DNA of 64,000 nucleotides, taken from NCBI GenBank assembly GCA_010909165.1, contig VJWM01000025.1, positions 806,001 to 870,000 of the forward strand, in the 5' to 3' direction. The notes below the pieces were generated by a model, which saw nothing but the letters and a program-made list of their open reading frames with translations, was not told the DNA's origin and made no database searches. The position numbers and the translations under genes are program-made. Shown here one piece after another: positions 30,775-42,368 of this stretch. The stretch is from Anthoceros angustus (lineage: Eukaryota > Plantae > Anthocerotophyta). The first letter of the stretch is position 1, and the number at the start of each line of letters is the position of its first letter.

Positions 30775-33661
30775 TCATGGTCGACCCTTACAACTGCAAC
30801 AACCGTATGCGAATCGGTGCACACGGTATCCATCCCTTACAACAATGTGTCTTTGCTCAAGCCTTGACATGATCTCCGTGGAACTGTGGCAATCACTGCA
30901 CATGCGTAGGTTCTTCGTTACCACCAGAGGTGTTCCACTCGGAGTGTTCAAGAGACCAAACGCCAGAGCTAGCTTCTCAGCATGCCCGCAAAGCGCATCT
31001 TCCTTTTCCTTCTCACACAGTGGCTTCAACACCAACTTTGTGTGAGGTACGTGGCCTCCTTCCTGCTTCAGACGTGCATTCGTGCTCTCTACCTTAAGCG
31101 TAATATCCTCTCTTCTTTCTCCCACCAGAAATCTATGTACCTGTTTATTCACCTCAATGCTCGCCACTGCAGGTAACTTGTTAGCTCCTGCTACCATTCT
31201 CTGTGTTTCAATTCTCTCTACGTCGGTCCACCTACCTGCATCTGCGTAGGCATTGGCCATGAGCACATAAGCAGACGCCAATTGAGGGTCCAGCCTAACA
31301 ATGCTTTCAAAACACCACTTTGCCCTCTCTATATCCCCGTGACTTTTGGAGGCATTCAACAAAGACGTCAAGCCCACAACGTTATTCTGGCCCTCGCATG
31401 GTAGTAGCATCTTCTCTGCCTCATCTAATAAGCCTGCACGCCCAAGAAGATCGACCATGCAATTGTAATGCTCAATAGTAGGTTTGATGCCATGCTGTTC
31501 AGCCATGGAATCAAAATGCTTGCGACCCTCATCCACCAGTCCCTCGTGACTGCATGCCGCTAAAAGGCAAGTAAACGTTGTAACATTAGGCTGAACACCG
31601 GCAAGAGACATCTCCTCAAAACAAGCTAACGCCTTGTGACCATCATCACAACTACCATACCCAGATATCAGGGCATTCCATGTCACCACATCCTTTGTGG
31701 CCAAGCTTTCAAAAACCTGGCGTGCATCTTCCAATTCACCACATTTGGCATACATGTCCACCAAGCAGGTGCCCACCAGTATGTCACCGAGCAGTCCTAG
31801 TTCGACAATCTGCGAGTGCAGCTGCCTGCCCTTCTGTAAGGCACCAGTGCTCGCACAGGCCTTCAGAAGGCAAACAAAAGTAACACCATTAGCCACAATC
31901 AGGCCCTCCTGCTCCATTTGTCCATACAGAACAAGCGCCTCTTGGCCAGCCCTGTGCATACCCAGCAATCAGGGCATTCCATGTCACCACATTTTTGGTG
32001 GCCATGCTGTCAAAAACCCGGAGTGCATCTTTCAGCTCACCACATTTTGCATACATGTCCACAAGGGAGGTGCCCACGAGTATGTCATCCAGCAGTCCTC
32101 TTTCGACAATCTGTGAGTGCAGCTGCCTGCCCTTCTGTAAGGCACCAGTGCTTGCACAGGCCTTCAGAAGGCAAGCAAAAGTAACATGGTTAGCCAAAAT
32201 CAGGCCTCCTGCTCCATTTGTCCATACAGAACAAGCGCCTCTTGGCCAGCCCTTGCTGTGCATACCCAGCAATCAGGGCATTCCATGTCACCACATCCTT
32301 TGTGGCCATGCTGTCAAAAACCTGCATCTTCCAGTTCACCACATTTTGCATACATGTCCACAAGGGAGGTGCCCACGAGTATGTCATCCAGCAGTCCTAG
32401 CTCGACAATCTGTGAATGCAGCTGCCTGCCCTTCTGCAAAGCACCGGTGCTTGCACAGGCCTTCAGAAGACAAGCAAAAGTAACATGGTTAGCCAAAATC
32501 AGGCCTTCCAGCTCCATTTGTCCATACACAACAAGTGCCTCTTGGCTCAGCCCTTGCTGTGCATACGCAGCAATCAGGGCATTCCATGTCACCACATCCT
32601 TTGTGGCCATGCTGTCAAAAACCTGGCGTGCATCTTTCAGTTCACCACATTTTGCATACATGTCCACCAGGCAGTTGCCAACAAACAAGTCAGGAGGAAT
32701 GCCACTGTGCAACACATCACAGTGCACTTTTCTGCCAGATTCCAAGTCGGCAAATGCACAAGCTTGAAGGGCAGCTACAAAGACGTGAGCATCCGCCTTC
32801 ACTCCTGACCTACGCATCTCATGGTACAGTTGTATGGCCTCATTAGGTTTCCCATGCTTAGCATGCAGAGATTATGGAAAACCACATGAAGGCATCTGGT
32901 TTGCCTACCCTGGTGAACACATCCATGGCCTCCTGCAGCCTACCTCCACGTGCATACATGCGCAAGATATGGTTCCCCAAAAATTTATTCGACTCGTACC
33001 CAAGTTTGGCAGTGAGGACATGAACTCGTCGCCCCACAACCAGATCCTTCGTAGCTGTACACAGTTTTAGCACGGTGTAAAACAGAGACAAAGGAATAGC
33101 AGAGTCTGTCTGGGCCAGAGATTCCAGGGCTCCAACGGCCTCAGAAAGCTTCCCCTGCTGACATAACATGCTCACGGTTCCAGCTGTTACCACGCCCATT
33201 TCCGATCCTGCACCCTTTCCAGGTTCAGGCTTATCCGGAGAGCTCGACTTGGAAAGAGAGGCACCATGACCCATCTGCATATCCAAGGAAATGAGCTGCT
33301 CATCAACCCAAGCTGGCTTCAGCATGCTGTTTAACCACAGGACCTCGCCGGACCTCTTACGCCGGAAGTCAGGCGAACGGGAGCTCTTCTTATCTCGTCT
33401 GTTGTCCCACCACGAGGTAGGGTCCAGGAAAAATTGTTGCCACAAGTGCTCCTGCTCCTGTCGACGACCATCACGGGAAGATCCGTCCCCTCCCACACAT
33501 TTTCTTGGAAGAGGAATTGCTGGGCTCCTTTCACTGCTGCGCTTGGAGGCTTGGTTAGGTTGACTCCCTGAAGTGAGGTGAGCAGAAGCTCCGACTAGCG
33601 TCCCTGGACACACACCAAATTGTTGAGTCCACAACGGGTCCGGTTGCCATACTGTGGCCAT
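30775..33661 (-). CDS. PPR gene C: PDF motif - PLS array - E1 - E2 - DYW:KP (GRP type); several 1-nt frameshifts
   Basis: ORF pieces 32858-33661, 32314-32817, 31889-32272, 30775-31968; C-terminus NKLPAVASIEV...CGHAEKLA...RMCSDCH...HRFAYGCCSCKGRP. Confidence 0.88.
33281..33445 (-). other. OSB-type PDF motif in PPR gene C
   Basis: LWQQFFLDPTSWWDNRRDKKSSRSPDFRRKRSGEVLWLNSMLKPAWVDEQLISLD. Confidence 0.85.
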
Positions 33662-35106
33662 CGTTCAGGGACCGCTGTCGGAAGATGAGAGTCTAACTCC
33701 AGACCATGGGAGGATGCCCAGGTACTTTGCACAACCACCCCACCCTGAAGGATAGTGCAGACGGGTTTTTACCCATGGCATAAGACACCACATCAGAACA
33801 ATTGGAACGCGGACCAACATGGTTGCCAAACAGATGGGCATCCTAGTGCAGCGAGGATGCCATGTCTCCAACACAAGAGGTTGCATGTCAGAAAAAGATG
33901 TCGTCTGTGGTGAGAGCGTGCATGCTCTGGCAGTCCACTTTGGGAACGCGGCTCGAACTCGTCCTTGGCCAGTCTCATCATTGGGATGTAGTCTTCGCAT
34001 TGCAGGTTGGAGGACGCAGTTCAGGCCGTTTCCCGAGTGCCTGTTCCCAGCATTCATATGTGGGCGTTGGTCACCTACTCTGGCGCATGCCCAACAGTGG
34101 CAACCCGCACAGGCTATCAACCTCGATCTCCATTACATACCTTACACATACTCCACCAGCTTTGTTCATCTCCTCCGAGTTCTCCAAAACCGCCACCCAC
34201 TGCTCGGTCGCCTCATCGTCATCAACGAGAGAATGACACCGCTCAGCGACCTCACTCCTATCCAGCACAGCAAGCTTCACATCAGGCACCTCATCGGCAA
34301 TGTGAAACCAACATTTTTCGCTCCTCGCCACAATCTCCACTTCAAACAAGGCCAAAAGTACTTAGGTGTTCAATGCCTAGTTACCTACGTAAGTAGTTAT
34401 CTAGGTATATACCTACGTATCCTTATTTTCTACTATATGAATTCTTATTTCTCTAAAATGCCGGTATCTAAATATGTGCAAGGTTTTTTTTTTATAGTGG
34501 ATAAGGTTTACGCAAGATATGGTCGGACCTAATATTGTATGCTATTTTTTTTAGGTACAATTATGTCTAGAAGCTATTGTATTTTGAATACTCAGGTTTG
34601 TCAATAGATCTGAGATAGATGAGTTTGAGAAGCCACTGCATTTCGAATAGGTATTCAAGCTTGTCAATAGATCTTAGATAAGTTTGTATTTTTGTTCATG
34701 CATGGTCTACATTATGATGAACCCCATTAAGTCATGGATAGCATAGATAATGGTGAACCCACTAAGTTACTTACTTTGTATTAAAAGCTTAACCCCTAAG
34801 AGTACCGCCTAGATTCCGATTGGCGACGGCAGTTCAAGAACTAAGTTCGATTCACTTCCTGGGCAAGGTCAGGATGGAACTGAGTTCAAATCAAATCCAC
34901 GTTGGGTTAGAATCCAATTCAACTCGAATCAATGCATGGTTACAATGTATAATAGTCTTTTTTTCAATTCCAGGTAATTCATGGTGTTTTAATTCGAAGT
35001 CCGAATTAGACGAAATCTAACTGGCAGCTAATTATTACTTGCTACGGAATTGTCTGCAAATTGGTTGCCACAATGGATTGTATCCATACTCTGCGTTATC
35101 GCCAAA

Positions 35107-35108
<2 letters not shown>

Positions 35109-35176
<68 letters not shown>
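35109..35176. repeat. (AT)n microsatellite, ~34 units
   Basis: Directly visible. Confidence 0.98.
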
Positions 35177-35181
<5 letters not shown>

Positions 35182-35400
35182 TTTTAATAAATAAATTTTA
35201 TGTGTTTGTTCCAGAAGCCACGTCTAGATGAAGTGAACTATTCAACTGACATCAGTTCCACGGAACTGGCAGTGCGTAAGGGTCCTGATGGAGCTTGAAC
35301 CCTTGGTCGCACGTGGTTCTGTTGTCGTTAACATTCCCAAATCGGAGGTGTCGTCTTTGTTGAGCTGTGACTAGGCCAATCGGATTATTGCTCTCTCTTT

Positions 35401-37530
35401 TTGCATCCATATGAGGAGCCAGTGGTTCTGCAAGCCATGGCTGTCTGCAGCTTTGCAATTCAATCATGCCAAGCACAACATGACCCGTTGGGGATACATT
35501 CTCTCTGGACGCAACGAAGTGGTCTAGGAAGAGCTCCTGATGACCTGATTTCATGGAATAAGCCATTAGAAAATTACGAAGCCGCGAGGTGCAGCACCTT
35601 CACAGGAAAGCCAACTCGTCCAGTAGGGTGTCTGGCTGGACCCGGATCCAGCGTGGGTAGCATCCTGGAACTTTTGTATTCGCAGCTCGCTCCTCTGGAC
35701 ACGTATCATGACTCTGGCAGGCCTGCAGGATCCGTTATAGCTGAAACTGTGAGCAAACTATGTCGGCAGGGGAAGCTCACTGAGGCTGTTGATGCTCTGG
35801 GAGCTCTGGTACACACGAAGAGTCATATCTCCCAATCCCTCTTTTACACGGTATTCAAGGAGTGTGTGGCTAAGAAAGACTTGTGTCTGGGTCGCCGTGT
35901 TCATGCTCTCATGGTGAAGACGGGGTATGAGTCGGACACGTTTCTGTGCAATCACATTCTACGAATGTATGCTTCTCATGCCATGTTGCAAGAAGCTTTG
36001 GATGTCTTTGCCATGGTTTCAAAACCCGATGCATTCACGTGGTCCGCTATGATATCCGTGCTCGTTAAACATGGACAGGATAAGCAGGCCGTACAACTGT
36101 ATCGTGGGATGCGCAGGTCAAGTGTGAAGCCAGATGGCCATGTGTTTGTAGCAGCCCTTCAGGCTTGTGCAAGGGGAGCAGACTTGGAATCTGGGCAGCA
36201 GGTGCATGCTGATATTATGGCTACTGGAGTTGAGCCTGACATGTTTGTCTGTAGCTGCTTGGTGGACATGTATGCAAAGTGTGGCAGTTTGGAAGAGGCT
36301 CAAAGAGTCTTCGACGGGCTTCCTAAAAGAGATGTGGTGACATGGAATGCCATGATAGCAGGATATGCCCAGAAGGGCATGGGTCTGGAGTCCCTTCGTC
36401 TGTATAGTTGTATGCAAGAAGAAGGTATGACTGCACCCAGTTCTGTAACATTCGTGTGCCTCCTGCAGGCATGTGCAAGTTTGGGCAACCAAGTGTTGGA
36501 ACAGGGTAAGCAGCTTCATGCACATATTAGAGAACGAGGACTTGAAGCTGATGTAGTTGTCGGTGGGAGCCTGGTAAACATGTATGCAAAGTGTGGGAGC
36601 CTAGAGGATGCTCGCGGCGTGTTTGATGGACTTGGTCAGAAGAATGTCGTGACGTGGAATACCATGATAGCACGTTATTCCCAGCAGAACATGGGGCATG
36701 AAGCCCTTGGTCTCTACAGGGCTATGCAAGAAGAAGGCATTGTAGCCCTGGATTGTGTGACGTTTGTGTGCCTTCTTCATGCATGTGAAAGTGTGGCAGC
36801 TTTGCAATTGGGACGGCAGCTTCATGCACAAATCAAAGATCAAGGGCTACAAGCTGATACTACTGTCGGGAACAGTTTGATAAATATGTATGCAAAACTG
36901 GGGAGCATGGTCGATGCACAGCAGGTGTTTGATGTGTTGCCGGAAAGAAATATCCTCACCTGGAGTGCACTGATTGCAGGTTACGCCCGTCAAGGAGACA
37001 GTGGTGTGGTTTTCGACTTGTTTCTCAGAATGGGCAAGGCTGGCATACAACCAGACGGAGTCACTCTTCTTAGTGTTCTGACAGTATGCAGTCATACGGG
37101 TCAGGTGACCAAGGGGCAACAGTACTTTGAGGCTATGAGCAAGCACTACGGCATCACTCCCACAGTGGATCACTACACATGCATGGTGGATCTCCTAGGT
37201 CGCGCTGGACGACTGGAAGAAGCACTAGGTTTTGTAAGGACAATGCCTGTAAGGCCTGATGCTGCAGTGTGGCACACTCTTCTGGGTTCTTGTAGAAAGT
37301 GGACCAATGTGGAGGTGGGACGTCATGCTTTCGATGCAGCAGTGAAGCTAGACAAGCAAGATGCCTCAGCATACATCTTGATGTCGAACATATATACTGG
37401 TGCTCAGATGTGGGAGCAGGCAGAGGAGATGCAAGCAAGAAGAGTAACCCTCGGGGCGTGGAAGCAGCCGGGGCAGAGCTGGTGGACAGACATGGACGGA
37501 TTGGTGCATAGCTTTTTCAGCTGGGGATAA
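35401..37530 (+). CDS. PLS-class PPR protein E, WW-type, truncated DYW; paralogue of PPR-A
   Basis: 709-aa ORF ending WKQPGQSWWTDMDGLVHSF. Removing one T from the T5 run gives HSFSAGDNKHP, so the end is probably E+-like. No HxE or CxxC downstream. Confidence 0.92.
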   Translation: MHPYEEPVVLQAMAVCSFAIQSCQAQHDPLGIHSLWTQRSGLGRAPDDLISWNKPLENYEAARCSTFTGKPTRPVGCLAGPGSSVGSILELLYSQLAPLDTYHDSGRPAGSVIAETVSKLCRQGKLTEAVDALGALVHTKSHISQSLFYTVFKECVAKKDLCLGRRVHALMVKTGYESDTFLCNHILRMYASHAMLQEALDVFAMVSKPDAFTWSAMISVLVKHGQDKQAVQLYRGMRRSSVKPDGHVFVAALQACARGADLESGQQVHADIMATGVEPDMFVCSCLVDMYAKCGSLEEAQRVFDGLPKRDVVTWNAMIAGYAQKGMGLESLRLYSCMQEEGMTAPSSVTFVCLLQACASLGNQVLEQGKQLHAHIRERGLEADVVVGGSLVNMYAKCGSLEDARGVFDGLGQKNVVTWNTMIARYSQQNMGHEALGLYRAMQEEGIVALDCVTFVCLLHACESVAALQLGRQLHAQIKDQGLQADTTVGNSLINMYAKLGSMVDAQQVFDVLPERNILTWSALIAGYARQGDSGVVFDLFLRMGKAGIQPDGVTLLSVLTVCSHTGQVTKGQQYFEAMSKHYGITPTVDHYTCMVDLLGRAGRLEEALGFVRTMPVRPDAAVWHTLLGSCRKWTNVEVGRHAFDAAVKLDKQDASAYILMSNIYTGAQMWEQAEEMQARRVTLGAWKQPGQSWWTDMDGLVHSFFSWG

Positions 37531-37825
37531 CAAGCACCCAGCAAGGCGGGACAGCTTGTTTCAACATTCCATCATCTCTGTTCCGGGTTCTTCCACACCG
37601 CGTGCTTGCCGATATCATGATCCTGTCAATCAAGGCTGCTGCGGGCCCAAGTGTTTCTGATGACCTACAGGTTCGTCCTCATGTGGATCGCAAGCAGCAG
37701 CAACGTTTTGATGATCAAGCCTAGTTTCGCAAAGCGGTTAATGCCAGGAGTGATGATGAGGGACAGCTTGTGACAGCGGGAAGCAAGAGGGCAGCTGTGG
37801 CTGGATTGAGAGGATGGATTTGCGG

Positions 37826-39273
37826 GGGTTTAGGGTTATGCACAACAAGGACTCGGCCAAGAGGCCCTTGTTCTGTATGGACAAATGCAGCGAGAAGCCC
37901 TGATTAACTGCCTGGTGGACATGTATGCCAAATGTGGTGAACTGGAAGAAGCACGCCAGGTTTTTGACAGCATGGCCAAAAAGGATGTAGTGACATGGAC
38001 TGCTCTGATATCTGGGTATGGAAAATGTGGTGAACTGAAAGATGCACGCCTGCTTTTTGACAGCATGCACACAAAGACTGTGGTAACATGGAATGCCCTG
38101 ATGGCTGGGTATGCCGAGGAAGGGCTCGGACATGAGGCGCTTGTTCTGTATGGACAAATGGAGGAGGCGGGTCTGATTTTGGCTAACCATGTTACTTTTG
38201 CTTGCCTTCTGGAGGCCTGTGGACGCACTGGTGCCTTACAGAAGGGCAGGGAACTTCACTCACAGATTGTCAGAAGAGGACTGTTGGATGACACACTGGT
38301 GGGCACCTGCCTGGTGGACATGTATGCAAATAATGGTGAATTGGAAGACGCACGCCAGGTTTTTGACAGCGTGAACACAAAGGATGTGGTGACATGGAAT
38401 GCCCTGATATCTGGGTATGGTACTTGTGATGAAGGTCATAAGGCACTTGCTTGTTTTGAGGAGATGTTGTTTGCTGGTATTCAGCCTAATGATGTTACTT
38501 TTACTTGCCTTTAGTAGCATGCAGTCATGGGGGACTGGTCTACGACCGTCGCAAGCACTTTGATTCCATGACTGAACAGCAAGGCATCAAACCTACTCTT
38601 GAGCATTATAATTGCATGATTGTTCTTCTTGGGCGTGCAGGCCATATAGATGAGGCAGAGAAGAAGCTATTGTTATGTGAGAGCCAAGGTAATGTTGTGG
38701 GCTTGACATCTGTGTTGAATGCCTGTAAAAGTCACTGCGATATAGAGAGGGTGATGTGGTGTTTTGAAAGCATTGTTAGGCTGGACCCCCAGCAGGCGTC
38801 CGCATATGTTCTTATGGCCAATGCCTATGCAGATGTAGGCAGGTGGACCCATGTAGACAGGATTGAAGCACAGAGAACAGTGGCAGGAGCTAACAAGAAA
38901 CCTGCAGTGGCGACCATTGAGTTGAACAAGCAGGCACATAGATTTTTGGTGGGAGAAAGGAGAGAGGATATTGCTCTCAAGGTAGAGAGCACGAATGCAC
39001 GTCTGAAGCAGGAAGGAGGCTGCGTACCGCACACAAAGTTGGTGTCGAAGCCAATGTCTGAGAAGGAAAAGGAAGATGTGCTTTGTGGGCATGCTGAGAA
39101 GCTAGCTCTGGCGTTTGGTCTCTTGAACACTCCGAGTGGGACACCTCTGGTAGTGACGAAGAATCTACACATGTGCGGTGACAATGGTTGAACAGAGAGA
39201 TATCGTTGTAAGGGATGGGTACCGTCTGCATCGATTCTCATCTGGCTTTTGTAGTTGCAAGGGTCGACCGTGA
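37826..39273 (+). pseudogene. PPR-DYW:KP pseudogene F, 5'-truncated, CxxC region deleted
   Basis: Starts mid-P motif; frameshift near 38510; KKPAVATIEL and CGHAEKLA present; a deletion after MCGD removes the CH..EIMSRL segment; GRP end visible in another frame (AAGGGTCGACCGTGA). Confidence 0.8.
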
Positions 39274-39636
39274 GAAAAATGAAGATGTAGCAAGTGCTTA
39301 AGACTGTTTGTACGCCAGAGAAGACTGCTTCTTCTCTTGGGCGTGAATGTGCTTGCTTAACACCTCGATTCCTGTCTAAACTGTGCATGGACACAGTTAA
39401 GCTACAAACTCACAGGATTATTAAGACACACAGGGTGAAAATGAATTCCAGGGGTGTGCCCCACACTGTCAGCACTTAGACTTCCAACGTATCTTGTGTG
39501 ATGTTTCCTCTCTTTCTGAGGTAAGCTACCAAAGAAGCTGATCGCCTTGTGATGGATATGCTGTTAGGGGTGGATGCAGAGGGTGCGGAGAACCCAGCCA
39601 TGTACCATATTCCAGCTGATTGCACCACGGTGGGTG

Positions 39637-39737
39637 CTTCCATATTCTTCCTCCATGCATCAACAACATGGAGAACTGCATACACCATGAGGGTACAGTT
39701 CTCCAAATTGTTGATGCATGGAGGAAGAATATGGAAG
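39637..39737. other. Near-perfect hairpin (42-bp stem with 2 mismatches, 17-nt loop)
   Basis: CTTCCATATTCTTCCTCCATGCATCAACAACATGGAGAACTG (39637-39678) against CAGTTCTCCAAATTGTTGATGCATGGAGGAAGAATATGGAAG (39696-39737). Confidence 0.9.
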
Positions 39738-39904
39738 AAGGATCCCTAAACGCAGTGGTACTTGGAGCATCCCTCCACTTCACCAGAACATCACAAAGTC
39801 CCCATATTGTTGATGCATGCGGGAAAAATATGGAAGAAGGATCCCTAAACACAGTGGTACAAGTCCTGGAGTATCCTTCCACTTCACCAGAACATGACGA
39901 GAAG

Positions 39905-40584
39905 GCCTAATTTTGGCTAACCATGGTACTTTTAGCTGCCTATTGAATGGTTGTGCAAGCACCGGGGCCTTACAGAAGGGCATGCAGCTGCACTCGAAGA
40001 TTGTGGAAGGAGGGCTGCTGGATACCGTAGTGGTGGGCAACTGCCTGGTGGACATGTTTGTAAAACGTGGTGAACTGGAAGATGCAAGCCAGGTTTTTGA
40101 AAGCTTGCCCACAGAGAATGTGGTGACATGGACGACCCTGATTGCGGGGTATTCCCAGCAAGGGGGCGGACGTGAGGCACCTGTTCTGTATGGACAAATG
40201 GACCAGGAGGGCCTGATTTTGGCTGCCCTAGTTACTTTTGCTGGCCCTCTGAAGGCCTGTGGAAGCACTGGTGCCTCTCAGAAGGGCAGGCAGCTGTACT
40301 CTCAGGTGGTTGAGACTTCTGGATAACATAGTGTGGGGCAACTGCTGCCTGCTAAGGAAGATGCTTTTTGTGGGCATGCTGAGAAGCTAGCTCTGGCGTT
40401 TGGTCTCTTGAACACTCCGAGTGGGACACCTCTGGTGAGAAGGAAGAACCCACGCATTTGAAGTGACTGCCACAGTTCCACGGAGATCATGTCAAGGCTT
40501 GAACAGAGAGATATTGTTGTAAGGGATGGGTACCGTGTGCATCGATTCGCAATTAGTTGTTGCAGGTGTAAGCGTGGACCATGA
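39905..40584 (+). pseudogene. PPR-DYW:KP pseudogene G with a large internal deletion
   Basis: One and a half triplets join almost directly to EDAFCGHAEKLA (~40357), skipping the E domains; in-frame stop replacing the first zinc Cys; ends CCRCKRGP*. Confidence 0.8.
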
Positions 40585-40794
40585 GAAGGGAGAACTTGCC
40601 AATGCTCAAGTTTCCACGCCAGGGAACATGCTTTCTTCCCAGGGGTGTATGTGCTTGCTGAACGCCATCCCTGTTCAAACTGAGGCAGCAAAATGGGTCG
40701 CTGTGACGGATCCCTCATGGCAATATGGCATGTCACAACCTTTTGCCAGGCGATGCATATACAGGACTTGGCCTGCAGCGTACATACATACGTT

Positions 40795-41946
40795 TCAGGT
40801 GCGAATGTTGATTGTAGGATCCGTGTCACTCTCAGCAAATGCCTGAATAGGTTCGGAGGTTGGGTTTCCGGGTCGCTTCAGTTCTGCTGATACTGCATCT
40901 GACTTGTCATGGGAAACATCTGACAGAAGCTGTTTCTCGCTGTAATTCAATAGGTCATCAACATCCAGGTGTGAAAAAGAAGCCCACTGAGTTTTCGTCG
41001 CTTTGGGACTGTTGCTTGGGGGTCCTGGTAAACAAGGAAAGCTGAAGATGTGACAAACAATATTAAGCTCCTGGAATGTGTTTGGCAAGATGCGTATCTC
41101 GGGCCAACTCACCGCAACCTTTTCCCGCCCCCTTCCTCCCCGCGGAGGAGTTACACAAAGTCTCACCGGCAGTTGCACGGAGAGCGTGCCAATGAACCTC
41201 TGAGCCTCATCGTAAACGGAACAGCTTGCATTAATGGGTTGCCTTTCGTCCAGGCCTTGCACTGAGAGGCTTGAAGTGCCAACCGTGCTTCCAGATGAAT
41301 CACTACCACCCCATGCTGTCCTATCTCTTGCCACCACGAGGTCCAGCGGCCCCATATCCTGAAAGTACCTGTCAAGAAGGCAATCCAGCAATAAGGAGGA
41401 GGGGGAACTTACCTTCCTGGGTTCTCCAAGTTGTGGCCAAGTGGCATGCAACACCATACAGTGCCAAATGGTAAATAGGTCCCTGAAGAGGAAGTCTATT
41501 ACCTGACAAGGTGCTTTTGTCCGGATTTGAGAGGAAACATTGCAGTAACATTCAGGGGTCTGTAACCAACAGTGGGAATGGCTAGAGTTGCAATCTGCTC
41601 TGGGGGGAGTCCCCACCATTTGAAAAACAGGCTGCATGTTGGGGGCGGCTGGAAGGTTGGCTCCCAATCAAGAAAGTGCACGTCAAAGAAAAGCTCGCCT
41701 TTTATCTGTAATCTTGCAGGTTAAGGCAAAATGAAGCTCTTGAGCTCCGGTGCATGGGCAAAATTTGTGCACTTCAGCTCTTTGTTGGTGTTAAGAAGAA
41801 TGTAGCACAAACATAGCAGCATGAATATCATCGTGGACTTCAGGAGGAAGCGAAGGACCCCTGACAATTTCAGCACTGCTTGAGAACTTGCTTCTAGAAG
41901 ATCTAGGTCGGGATTGCGGTGCGTCCGCTTGATGGCGTCCTGGCAT
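40795..41946 (-). CDS. C2CD3-like N-terminal C2-domain protein (about 3 exons; structure approximate)
   Basis: Spliced reading SLPPE-IKGELFFDVHFLDWEPTFQPPPTCSLFFKWWG...FPLKSGQKHLVR|YFQDMGPLDLVV...IGTLSVQL resembles my recollection of C2CD3 (SLPPLVEGQL...PPTC.LV..RWWG...RCGPKQF.SYLTDM..L.LEV). GT-AG intron between KHLV-R and YFQD; first donor is weak. Confidence 0.55.
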
Positions 41947-42368
41947 TGTTACGTTTACGCCGTGCGTACTCTACCTTGTTGTGTACGAGTTGGAATGGTA
42001 CTCCATGGCTTGATCTTTGGCTAAGAAACCAATTTGTCGAAAACCATCATCCGCTGTTTCAGAGCTGCTCTGTTTTCCACTGATCAATTGCAAAAGTTCA
42101 ATCACAGGTAGCAAACAAAAGTGGGGACCAACTGCAGTCAGACGTCGAGGGCATCGCGGACAACAATTGGAGAAACCCACAACACGAAGATGACAGAAAA
42201 CTGAACGAGGACAAGGCCGAAGGCGATTGCAGCCAAGGCCAAGACAGGAGTATGTCAGGCCAGCGGTTAACTTGACCCAAGGTCAACTGACACAGCCTTG
42301 TTGAGTAGAAATGTGTGTAGATACTCCGAAAGCCATCGTTTAACATTTGACTGTGAAGGAACCACATC

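Noticed and set aside
37510-37830. Hidden full DYW domain after PPR-E
   Set aside because: Correcting the T-run restores only HSFSAGDNKHP; no HxE or CxxC follows in the frames I read.
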